A stretch of DNA of 45,032 nucleotides, from assembly GCA_018263495.1 (NCBI GenBank), contig JAANXC010000038.1, positions 4 through 45,035 on the forward strand. The letters run 5' to 3'. A program made the position numbers and the translations under genes. The notes under the pieces are model-generated. The model ran no database searches. It was not told the DNA's origin and was given only the letters and a program-made list of their open reading frames with translations. Below are positions 8,155 to 16,256 of the stretch, piece by piece. The first letter of the stretch is position 1. Each line of letters starts with the position of its first letter. The stretch comes from Nitrososphaerota archaeon. Lineage in GTDB: Archaea; Thermoproteota; Nitrososphaeria; Nitrososphaerales; Nitrosopumilaceae.

Positions 8155-8176
8155 ACAATATTTATCATTTAGTGTT

Positions 8177-8893
8177 CTAACTAACCTCTATTATCCCAAT
8201 ATTGACTAAATACTGAATTCCTGAAATGTATGTAATATCATCAATTTGGTCTGTTGCCCACCATCCTGCATTGTTCTTAACCCAGCCTGGAACTTCCTGT
8301 GATCCTGAAGACTCCGATCTTTCAGTGGAAGGTATAACCATTATGCTCTCTTTGATAAGATACTGAATTCCTAGAAGATATGCTGAATCATTAATCTGTC
8401 CGCCAGCCCACCACCCGGCATGTGTTTTGATCCAGTTTGGAATGATAGTTACAGGTTCTGCAGTTAGTGTATCTGTTGGCAGTGATTTGGGTTTTGCACT
8501 AACATCAATGGTTGCGGTTCCAATATGATATCCTCTCCACTCGACATAGGCACTATATGTGCCAGCTTTGTTACAGCAAATTAGTATAAAATTTTCATAG
8601 TGTCCCTGCTCATTTGTATCCGCAACCGCTCTAACCTTTACTTGGTAAGTTTTGCCGTCGGGTTCTGAAATTGTCATATAAACAAACGCAGCTGATCCCG
8701 GCTCTTCAACAGTTCCGAAAATTTTTATTTTTTCATATTGTGTATTACTGGCCGTTGTGTAAGGAAGTTCTAATACAGGTTTGTCAACGGAGACTGTTCC
8801 CCATTGTTTATCACTATCATGACTAGCTAATACATTTGGAATGATCATAATACTAACTAAAATTATGAAAATTGAGAAATGCAAAACTCTCAT
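8177..8893 (-). CDS. Secreted/surface protein with two C-terminal thaumarchaeal PxWxKxxAGWW repeats
   Basis: Signal peptide ending PNVLA; IPNWIKTHAGWWA...GIQYLIK and VPGWVKNNAGWWA...GIQYLVN. Confidence 0.85.
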   Translation of the reverse strand: MRVLHFSIFIILVSIMIIPNVLASHDSDKQWGTVSVDKPVLELPYTTASNTQYEKIKIFGTVEEPGSAAFVYMTISEPDGKTYQVKVRAVADTNEQGHYENFILICCNKAGTYSAYVEWRGYHIGTATIDVSAKPKSLPTDTLTAEPVTIIPNWIKTHAGWWAGGQINDSAYLLGIQYLIKESIMVIPSTERSESSGSQEVPGWVKNNAGWWATDQIDDITYISGIQYLVNIGIIEVS

Positions 8894-8930
8894 TGATCTT
8901 TATGAGCATAGTTTTTAGTTAATCTTTTCA

Positions 8931-9188
8931 CTAAAAATCATCTTTTCCCACCCAGCCATCTTTCTTGTCAGGCTTTGGTTGTGGTTCTGGCGGTTCATTT
9001 TCTCTAAATCTTGGCGGCTCTGATATTCTCTCATTTGTGAAAAATCCTTTCTGAGAATACAACTCATCTGGTTCAGGTTCAGGACTTTTGTTCCTATACT
9101 TGCGTAGCAAACGAGGGAGTATTCGTGCTAATGGAATTATTAGAAATATCAAATAAATCCACATTCCGCCAGTAGGATCACCTTCCAT
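8931..9188 (-). CDS. Small membrane-anchored Pro-rich hypothetical protein
   Basis: N-terminal TM segment WIYLIFLIIPLARIL, then a Pro/Glu-rich tail. Confidence 0.7.
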   Translation of the reverse strand: MEGDPTGGMWIYLIFLIIPLARILPRLLRKYRNKSPEPEPDELYSQKGFFTNERISEPPRFRENEPPEPQPKPDKKDGWVGKDDF

Positions 9189-9276
9189 ACTGAATTACGA
9201 TAAAAATTTCATTATTATGTTTTTCATTTAGGCACCGTAAATGTTGATATTAGTTAGTTTTTGCATATAGTTTGAT

Positions 9277-9588
9277 TTGGTTGTACTAGAACTTCATGGC
9301 TCTGGCGGTCATATTTTTGCAGACGTTACAGATGAACAAGCAAAAAAAGCGGACCTTGGTGTTGGCAAGTGTTTTCTTGCTCCAATTGGCAAACTTGAGG
9401 AGCAAAAGATGCAGAAATATTTTTGCAAGAAGTGTGAGTCTGAATTTGATGGCTCACCTAAAATTCAGGTCGAAGAAAGTCCCAATGAGCCAGTTGCAGA
9501 CGGATTGATTCTGAAAGAGAGAGGTCAATACACATGCGGTAAATGCAGTTCAATAATTGGCGAATACCGTGTATTTGAGCAAGGATAG
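9277..9588 (+). CDS. Zinc-ribbon hypothetical protein
   Basis: YFCKKC and YTCGKC knuckle pair; TTG start. Confidence 0.8.
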   Translation: MVVLELHGSGGHIFADVTDEQAKKADLGVGKCFLAPIGKLEEQKMQKYFCKKCESEFDGSPKIQVEESPNEPVADGLILKERGQYTCGKCSSIIGEYRVFEQG

Positions 9589-9593
9589 TAAGA

Positions 9594-9986
9594 CTAGGAA
9601 CTCATCAGCCTTTTGATCTCTATCTTTTGACCATATTTTTCCAACAAATCGTCATAAAGTTTTTTCCGTTCTAACTTGAGATTTTTATCTTCATCGTACA
9701 TTTTTGTAAAGAAACACGCGAGAATCCTTTCATCATCATTATCAAAAAACCTGACACTGAAGCTGGTACGTTCTGGTTTTTCCTCCATGACGAACTCTGC
9801 ATGTTTTATCATGTAAGGGTTAACGTGCATATGGCATGGACCGTCGTTATCTCCTATTGTTATCCATTGATCTTTTTGTCTTATACTCAGGGAATTACTT
9901 CTCATCTCGCTGGTAGCTCCATTTGATTTTACCACCAACAAAACATCATCTACACTAATTATGTCTGACAAGAGTTCTTTCAGCAT
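9594..9986 (-). CDS. HutX/ChuX-like heme-binding/trafficking protein
   Basis: VLLVVKSNGATSE, CHMHVN...AEFV, SFSVRFFD....ILACFF pattern. Start moved to ATG 9986 to avoid overlap with the upstream gene. Confidence 0.7.
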   Translation of the reverse strand: MLKELLSDIISVDDVLLVVKSNGATSEMRSNSLSIRQKDQWITIGDNDGPCHMHVNPYMIKHAEFVMEEKPERTSFSVRFFDNDDERILACFFTKMYDEDKNLKLERKKLYDDLLEKYGQKIEIKRLMSS

Positions 9987-10021
9987 TATATGTTCTAAAG
10001 AGATGCTTGCTTTTAATTTGG

Positions 10022-10273
10022 CTAGTATTTCCATTCGTCAGAAAAGCCATTCCATAATGGACGGAAAGGCGCTATGTCCTTCTCTATCTCACCTTGAATC
10101 CTATTTGAGATTGCAAAATAGAAATTTTCCAAGGCATCAACTCCACCATCATCAAAGATTTCCTTACCAACTTCGGTAATTCGCGATTTTTTTTGTTCTA
10201 CTTCCGGCGAATCTGGATTTTGCAGGCAGAAAGTATAGAGGTCAATCAGTTCCTCCTCCAGCATGAAATCCAT
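10022..10273 (-). CDS. Hypothetical acidic helical protein
   Basis: 83-aa ORF fills the gap and is co-directional with the HutX-like gene; no family recognised. Confidence 0.7.
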   Translation of the reverse strand: MDFMLEEELIDLYTFCLQNPDSPEVEQKKSRITEVGKEIFDDGGVDALENFYFAISNRIQGEIEKDIAPFRPLWNGFSDEWKY

Positions 10274-10344
10274 GAATCCTACACGTAAAATAGCAATAAA
10301 AACTGTCTAAATCTCTAAATTGATCCTCGAATCTCTTTGATCAC

Positions 10345-11874
10345 ATGTCTGAAGGAACTGACAGCGCTCTGCTTGAGCGCTTTGAACAAGAGGTGTGGAG
10401 CAAGGTTCCACATCTGGAAGAAGGAAGCGAGACAAAGGTTGTCAATGCAACGCCACTTGTTGACATGACTGCAGATTTCAAAGAATGTGCAAAGAGTGTC
10501 TTCAAACTGGACCTTGACAACGCAGACCTGAAGGTTTTCGGCAAAATGGATTCTACCTTGCTAACTGGCTCGATTAAAGTTAGACCCGCAGCCAACATCA
10601 TCCATGACGCCATTGTTACAGGAAAGCTCAAGAGCGGTCAGACAGTAATAGAAGCCACATCAGGCAACTTTGGTATAGCACTTGGACTATTATCTAAACT
10701 TGGGCTAAATGTAATTGCACTTGTTTCAAGAAAATTACAGGAAGGAGTGTTTGAGGAGTTAAGAAACGGGAATACACGCACAATAGATCTTGACATGGAC
10801 ATTTGCCCTGCACCAGGAATGGAAGGCAAGCAAGATCTTATGGTTGCAAAAGCAACTGCTGCCAACATTCGTTCACAATTATCTAATCTTGGGTTTGACA
10901 CTGACATTTTTGATAAAGAAATTTCTGAGATAGAATCACTTTTAGCTAAACAAGACATCATAAACTTGGCAAAGTTTCTTGCCAAGAGTTACGGTTTCTT
11001 CTGTCCAGCACAATATGATAATCAACTAAACATTGAGGCGCATAGAACTGTTACAGCAGCTGAGATTGACCAACAACTGCATGAAAATGGAGATTCATTA
11101 GAAAATTTCAATATCTTTTGTACATTTGGTACGGGCGGAACGTCTGGCGGTTTGAGCAAATACATTTCTGAAAAATATGGAAAAAAGTCAGTATACGTAA
11201 TATTTCCACCTACCAATCAAGACGTTGCAGGAATTAGGACAAAAGCAAATGCAGACGGCTTGACGTTATATGATCCTGAGATATACGCTGAACAGCAAGA
11301 AATGGATTGGGAGAAGGCAAAACTCCTCCTAAAGTTCTTTGTAGAAAAAGGTCATGATATGGGCGAAAGCAGCGCACTCGAACTTTATGCAATCTTGCAG
11401 AAGGCAAGCTCTGAAGGAGGCGGAAAGTTTGTAGCAATGATTTGTGACGGAATTGAAAAGTACAAAAAGAACCTTGCAACGATTGGACAGGAAGGTCCTA
11501 TGCAGGTCTCCCTACAGGAAGCAAACGCAGGCAAATATGACAAAGTAATTTGGATTCATGCCCAGTATACTCCACAGGAACCTGGAATAGAGCTAATTGC
11601 AAAATCTCTCGGCATCGACAAAAGCAAGATTTCTGTGCCAGACGCGAGAACCGCTCAGGAACTGTTGACAACCCAACAAATTCCAGAATCACTAAGCAAA
11701 GACTTGGAAGGTGACACCAAGCCATTGCTGGTTTGCATGGCAGGAAAGACTTCATTGATGGCTGCCAAAGTACTTGCGACCAAGGGCGTTATGACAGACA
11801 GCTTGATTGGTGGAATTACAGAACTGCCGGAAGGAAAAACCAAGCAACTTTCTGAATTGATCAGGCAAGCATGA
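10345..11874 (+). CDS. Cysteine synthase-like PLP (fold II) enzyme fused to a C-terminal rhodanese domain
   Basis: TGSIKVR (PLP Lys), EATSGNFG and GTGGTSGG; C-terminal LLVCMAGKTSLMAAKVL...SLIGGI rhodanese pattern. Confidence 0.85.
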   Translation: MSEGTDSALLERFEQEVWSKVPHLEEGSETKVVNATPLVDMTADFKECAKSVFKLDLDNADLKVFGKMDSTLLTGSIKVRPAANIIHDAIVTGKLKSGQTVIEATSGNFGIALGLLSKLGLNVIALVSRKLQEGVFEELRNGNTRTIDLDMDICPAPGMEGKQDLMVAKATAANIRSQLSNLGFDTDIFDKEISEIESLLAKQDIINLAKFLAKSYGFFCPAQYDNQLNIEAHRTVTAAEIDQQLHENGDSLENFNIFCTFGTGGTSGGLSKYISEKYGKKSVYVIFPPTNQDVAGIRTKANADGLTLYDPEIYAEQQEMDWEKAKLLLKFFVEKGHDMGESSALELYAILQKASSEGGGKFVAMICDGIEKYKKNLATIGQEGPMQVSLQEANAGKYDKVIWIHAQYTPQEPGIELIAKSLGIDKSKISVPDARTAQELLTTQQIPESLSKDLEGDTKPLLVCMAGKTSLMAAKVLATKGVMTDSLIGGITELPEGKTKQLSELIRQA

Positions 11875-12029
11875 ACGATAAGGAAAAAATCGAATCTTAC
11901 AAGGAAAACATCGCAGAATCTTTACGAATAATAGATGAAATTATTGAAATTATTAGATTTCAAGATAATCCAGAGGATACAATAATTGACCAGAAGCTGG
12001 AAGAAATTAAAAAAATATTAAATCGGTAA
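11871..12029 (+). CDS. Small acidic helical hypothetical protein (52 aa)
   Basis: ATGA start/stop overlap with the upstream gene; MNDKEKIESYKENIAESLRIIDEII...KKILNR*. Confidence 0.7.
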   Translation: MNDKEKIESYKENIAESLRIIDEIIEIIRFQDNPEDTIIDQKLEEIKKILNR

Positions 12030-12042
12030 TTTCTGGTAGGAT

Positions 12043-12153
12043 ATGAAAAAAACGGACGAATGCAATGGCAAGTATTGGTTCACCTGCAGTAGATGTTTAC
12101 GGCTTCTTGTAAAAGACTTACGCGATATTGTTAGACGATCTAAAAATGATTAA
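12043..12153 (+). CDS. Putative 36-aa microprotein with C-x7-CxxC
   Basis: MKKTDECNGKYWFTCSRCLRLLVKDLRDIVRRSKND*; starts 13 nt after the previous stop. Confidence 0.45.
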   Translation: MKKTDECNGKYWFTCSRCLRLLVKDLRDIVRRSKND

Positions 12154-12312
12154 AAAAAATTAATAATTTTATAGTGTATCTAGAATAGTGAAATTTATTA
12201 GCTGAAATAAAAATCAGAATTTGTTTGAAGCCAATTATGATAGACGATGATGATGAGCGTCCTGAATGGGATTGGCTAAAGAAAAAATAATTTCTTTTTA
12301 CAATATACCTGG

Positions 12313-12555
12313 CTACAGTGAGCTGTGAGTTCCGTCACACTTTCCGGTTTCATCCTTACTGTGCTTGCATCCGCAAAACGCAATAAATCCATCTTCTGTA
12401 GCTGTGAGAATTCTTGGTCCAAGACCTGATCCTGCATGAGAACCATCACATAGTGGCTGGTTTTGAGATTTTCCGCACATACAAACATGATATTCTTTTC
12501 CTGCTTCAACTTGCATTGGGTATGGTCTTTTTTGTGGTATTTCTGGTTCGGTCAT
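12313..12555 (-). CDS. CDGSH iron-sulfur domain protein with two CDGSH motifs (CISD3/MiNT-like)
   Basis: CMCGKSQNQPLCDGSH and CGCKHSKDETGKCDGTH. Confidence 0.93.
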   Translation of the reverse strand: MTEPEIPQKRPYPMQVEAGKEYHVCMCGKSQNQPLCDGSHAGSGLGPRILTATEDGFIAFCGCKHSKDETGKCDGTHSSL

Positions 12556-12592
12556 AATTTTTCTCTATTCATCTTGTTTGTAAATATACTGA

Positions 12593-12715
12593 TCAAGTCT
12601 TTGCCTGTTTTCGTGAACACTCTATACAGAATTCTCCAGTTTCAAAAACGTAAAGCAGTTTGTTACAATCCTTGCATCTTCTTTCCGTTCTCGTCTTGTC
12701 GTATCCGTATGGCAT
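12593..12715 (-). CDS. Small C4 zinc-finger protein (40 aa)
   Basis: Manual translation MPYGYDKTRTERRCKDCNKLLYVFETGEFCIECSRKQAKT*; alternative in-frame ATG at 12736. Confidence 0.65.
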   Translation of the reverse strand: MPYGYDKTRTERRCKDCNKLLYVFETGEFCIECSRKQAKT

Positions 12716-12753
12716 TCTAGAAATGATAAATGTCATACATGCGTTATAATGTT

Positions 12754-12879
12754 ATGAAACCTGACAGCGGCAGAAAGTCATTTTTTTCTGCTGGTAAACC
12801 AAAGAACTTGCCTGCGTTTTATTTTCTTGTCGTGGCAGGCATCATTTTGATGGTTTTACTGTTCAAGTGGTTTGTTTAG
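12754..12879 (+). CDS. Small single-pass membrane protein (41 aa)
   Basis: MKPDSGRKSFFSAGKPKNLPAFYFLVVAGIILMVLLFKWFV*; basic N-terminus plus C-terminal TM helix. Confidence 0.6.
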   Translation: MKPDSGRKSFFSAGKPKNLPAFYFLVVAGIILMVLLFKWFV

Positions 12880-12897
12880 TTTTTAACATTAATTTAT

Positions 12898-12958
12898 GGC
12901 TTTTTGAGCTCTATTTTGGGCTTTTTGAGCTCTATTTTGGGCTTTTTGAGCTCTATTT
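12898..12958. repeat. 21-bp tandem repeat, about 2.9 copies
   Basis: GGCTTTTTGAGCTCTATTTTG at 12898 and 12919; first 19 nt repeated again at 12940. Confidence 0.95.
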
Positions 12959-13300
12959 CATCAACCAGCTCCAGTACCTGCGCATCAGCGGATAATCGTC
13001 AAAGAATCTGATTCTGGCCTTGGACTTTCTTTTCTTCAATTGCTCCTCGATGTACTTGAGGATTCTGTCGCGTCCCTTTTTTTTATTGATCAGATCACTT
13101 TCGATTATTTTTCTAGCAAATTCCTGCTCCATGTAAATCTCAAAAAACCACCAGCCGGCAGCCATCTTGGCATCAGGACTAAACTTATATCCGTTCTTTA
13201 CATGCGTCTTGAGCTCTAACTCGTTTAGTATATCCTTGAAATTTTTTATGTCAGCATCAAAGTCTGTCGTCATGGCAGAAAACAGAGGTTGCTTGGTCAT
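12953..13300 (-). CDS. Hypothetical protein
   Basis: 115-aa ORF with protein-like composition; no family recognised. Confidence 0.75.
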   Translation of the reverse strand: MTKQPLFSAMTTDFDADIKNFKDILNELELKTHVKNGYKFSPDAKMAAGWWFFEIYMEQEFARKIIESDLINKKKGRDRILKYIEEQLKKRKSKARIRFFDDYPLMRRYWSWLMK

Positions 13301-13319
13301 TTCTCATCTGTACGATAAT

Positions 13320-13493
13320 TTAGTCGAAAATTAGGCATTGCTCGCAATCACAGCTTGACTGCTTCTTTGTTTTTGCCAGACAATTTCTGTGTTGGCCAGC
13401 TTGGCACTGAACGCATACTTTTTCTAGGTTGTCAACAGATGAGTATTTTTTAGATTGGTCAAATCCGAATCCGCCGTCTTGTGGTCCTACCAT
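13320..13493 (-). CDS. Small Cys-rich putative metal-binding protein (57 aa)
   Basis: Manual translation MVGPQDGGFGFDQSKKYSSVDNLEKVCVQCQAGQHRNCLAKTKKQSSCDCEQCLIFD*; fills the gap directly downstream of coaBC. Confidence 0.7.
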   Translation of the reverse strand: MVGPQDGGFGFDQSKKYSSVDNLEKVCVQCQAGQHRNCLAKTKKQSSCDCEQCLIFD

Positions 13494-13513
13494 AATATCA
13501 TCATCACTCGGTT

Positions 13514-14728
13514 TTAGTTAAGATTTTTTTCAATATTTTTACGGATAATTTTTACAATCTTAGCCTTGGTTTTACGACCGGTTTTTACCACACTTGTAGA
13601 GTCTACCAGAAAGACCTCATTATAGTCAGAGTTATTGTATCTGGAACCAATATCATTGGCTATCATCATGTCAGCATCAGATTCCTTTAGTTTCTTCCTT
13701 GCCCTGGAAACAAGCTCTTTTTTCGATACATTGGCTTCAGCCTTGAAACCTATGAGAATTCCCTTGTGGATATTTTTGATATGATCTATGATCTTTGGGG
13801 CTCTGGTAAGTTTGATGATAGTGCCCTTGTTGCTCTTAATCTTCGAGTTCGAGTTTTTTGGGATAAAATCAGACACAGCAGCAGCCAGTATCACAACATC
13901 AAATTTCTTCCTAAGTTCCTTTTTGACTGCACTAAACATCTCTGAAACCGTCTTTACATGAATGATTTTGGCGCCTTTTGGCGGTTCGGCAGTTCCAGGT
14001 CCATAAACTAGGGTCACTTTGGCACCTGCTGAGACTAGTTCTGAAGCCAACAAGGTTCCGGTCTTTCCAGTACTGATATTTGTCATGACACGTACAGGAT
14101 CAATCTTCTCAATTGTTGGACCTGCCGTAATCAAGACTTTCTTTCCTTTCAACTTTTTTGACTGTCCAAACTTGGTCAAAACAAAGTCTAGTACATCCTC
14201 TGGTTCTGGTGCTTTTGCCTTTCCCTCTATCATTTGCGGAGATACGAAATCCACCTTCTTTCTCAAAAATTGCATGTTCTTGCGAACTGCAGCATTTTCA
14301 TACATCGATGCATGCATGGCAAGACCCATCAATATTGGAGTCTTTGAGCCAAATGCTACAGTGAGCACTGTGGAGATTGGTGTATCATCTATACCATTTG
14401 CCAACTTGCCCAAAGTGTTTGCAGTTGAAGGATAAACGATAATCAGGTCAGACCTTTTGTAATCCGCAAGATCAATGTGTTCCATGTTTCCAGTGAGTTT
14501 TGTAATGACATGATTTCCAGTTGCCCATTTCATGTAATCTGGTTTGATCAGCTTTGTGCTGGCACCACTCATTACACATTTTACATTGGCACCATGTCGC
14601 ATCAGCAGCCTTGCAAGTTCAATTGACTTGTATGCTGCAACCGAGCCAGCAACGCACAGTACAACCTTCTTTCCAGAAAGCTCAGTGCCATAGCTTTCCA
14701 CAATGTCCAGGGATGGATGTTTGGTCAT
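13514..14728 (-). CDS. coaBC: Bifunctional phosphopantothenoylcysteine decarboxylase/synthetase
   Basis: GSVAAYK, MEHIDLA, TANTLGKLANGIDD, AMHASM, ITAGPTIEKIDPVR, AAAVSDF, GFKAE. Confidence 0.97.
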   Translation of the reverse strand: MTKHPSLDIVESYGTELSGKKVVLCVAGSVAAYKSIELARLLMRHGANVKCVMSGASTKLIKPDYMKWATGNHVITKLTGNMEHIDLADYKRSDLIIVYPSTANTLGKLANGIDDTPISTVLTVAFGSKTPILMGLAMHASMYENAAVRKNMQFLRKKVDFVSPQMIEGKAKAPEPEDVLDFVLTKFGQSKKLKGKKVLITAGPTIEKIDPVRVMTNISTGKTGTLLASELVSAGAKVTLVYGPGTAEPPKGAKIIHVKTVSEMFSAVKKELRKKFDVVILAAAVSDFIPKNSNSKIKSNKGTIIKLTRAPKIIDHIKNIHKGILIGFKAEANVSKKELVSRARKKLKESDADMMIANDIGSRYNNSDYNEVFLVDSTSVVKTGRKTKAKIVKIIRKNIEKNLN

Positions 14729-15507
14729 TTCTGGACCTCCATATGGAAAGTATGCTCTTCAGCTGGAAATGTACGATTTTCGACGTTTTCTACGTACTCA
14801 GCCACGGCTTTTTTGATCTCTTCTGACAAAGAGAGGTATTTTTTGACGAATTTCGGCGTCATCTTCTCGAAAAGCCCTAACATATCATGAATGACTAAAA
14901 CCTGACCATCACAGTCTTTTCCACAGCCTATACCGATTGTTGGAACAAAAACTGCTTCTGTGATGTGCTTTGTAGTTTCAGCAGCTACCATCTCCAAGAC
15001 GATACTGAAGACTCCTGCTTCTTGTAATGCCCTAGCGTCAGCCAATAAGGTTTTGGCGTCTTCTTCCGTCTTTCCCTGAACCGTGTATTTTTTGGCTGTT
15101 TGTGGCAAAAGCCCAAGATGACCCATAACAGGTATTCCAGCCTTGATAATTGCCTTGATAATATCTGGAAGCCTTCCCTCCAGTTTTACAGCATCTGCTC
15201 CAGCCCTAATCAGCCGCTCAGAATTTGCCACCGCATCAGCCTCATTTTCATATGACTTGTTTGGGAGGTCAGCCACGATGAGGGCATTTTCCCTTGCGTT
15301 GCTGACTGCCTTTGTAAACAACACCATTTCATCCATAGTCACGGGAGCAGTATTTTCATAGCCAAGCATGACCATTCCGGCGCTATCTCCCACAAGCAAA
15401 ATGTCGACCTGATCACAAAGCGTTGCCATAGTATAGTCATAGCTGGTAACTACGGAGATCTTCTTGCTGCCCTTTTTTGCTATGATGTCATTTACCGTCT
15501 TACGCAA
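14725..15507 (-). CDS. panB: 3-methyl-2-oxobutanoate hydroxymethyltransferase
   Basis: TSYD, LLVGDSAGMVMLG, VKLEG, MGHLGLLPQ, IGIG....DGQVLV. Confidence 0.97.
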   Translation of the reverse strand: MRKTVNDIIAKKGSKKISVVTSYDYTMATLCDQVDILLVGDSAGMVMLGYENTAPVTMDEMVLFTKAVSNARENALIVADLPNKSYENEADAVANSERLIRAGADAVKLEGRLPDIIKAIIKAGIPVMGHLGLLPQTAKKYTVQGKTEEDAKTLLADARALQEAGVFSIVLEMVAAETTKHITEAVFVPTIGIGCGKDCDGQVLVIHDMLGLFEKMTPKFVKKYLSLSEEIKKAVAEYVENVENRTFPAEEHTFHMEVQK

Positions 15508-16240
15508 GTGATCCTCTCCTCCTCAAATTATCCTTGATTTCTGAAACTGCAGAGGACAAAGCCCTTCTGTTGTTAAAGCTGGTTTTTGCTGGTTTTGATT
15601 TCTTACAAGCCGAGACGAGAAGCCTCATTCCACGGATGACATTGTCCACTATTGTAATATCCGCTTTCTGTGCAGTTCTGGAAAGTGGGTTAAGATCAAA
15701 TGTAATGACAGTTTTTCCCATCTTCTTCAACGCTTCAGTTCTATCTCCATCTTCAAGTGGAACCAGCACAACATCTGCCACAAAAATTCCATCCTTGTCC
15801 ACTATGCGTCTAGGATTGTCTAGACCGCCAATTTTGCGATATGACCTTGGATTTGTGCCTAAAACCTGCTTTGCACCAGCCTTTTTCAGTGATTTTTCAA
15901 TCTTTTTCTTCCTAGCCTCATCATAGTAGAACAGGTTTACCTCAATATTGGCTTTGGTAGCTTTTGCCAACTGAACTACCTCTTTTGGGCAAAGTGCTGC
16001 CACATTTCCATTTACCGAGATTACCGGATTATGGGCGGAAAGCAGTTTGGCTGCAGCTGCCTTGATAGCAACCTTTGCGGTTTTACTGGTTTTTTCTCCC
16101 ACCAGATAATCAAATGCCTCCCCACGTCCGTGTGCCAAAAGACCTTCTTTTGCAACAAGACCGTCATTGTACCCCCTGACAATTTTCTCGCGTATACTGA
16201 GAGAAACAAAACGCGGATGAGATTTAGGAATATTCAACAA
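15500..16240 (-). CDS. Archaeal 4-phosphopantoate--beta-alanine ligase (phosphopantothenate synthetase, PPS)
   Basis: SHPR, AHGRGEAFDYL.GE, ISVNGN, VPLEDGDR, DLNPLSRT; located in the CoA operon. Confidence 0.95.
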   Translation of the reverse strand: MLNIPKSHPRFVSLSIREKIVRGYNDGLVAKEGLLAHGRGEAFDYLVGEKTSKTAKVAIKAAAAKLLSAHNPVISVNGNVAALCPKEVVQLAKATKANIEVNLFYYDEARKKKIEKSLKKAGAKQVLGTNPRSYRKIGGLDNPRRIVDKDGIFVADVVLVPLEDGDRTEALKKMGKTVITFDLNPLSRTAQKADITIVDNVIRGMRLLVSACKKSKPAKTSFNNRRALSSAVSEIKDNLRRRGSLA

Positions 16241-16256
16241 ACCACCACAAAAATCT

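Noticed and set aside
12898-12958. 21-bp repeat as a mini CRISPR array
   Set aside because: The units are directly adjacent with no spacers.
5505-13513. Provirus or integrative element
   Set aside because: No integrase, capsid, terminase, replication gene, tRNA anchor or att duplication seen; gene orientation is mixed.
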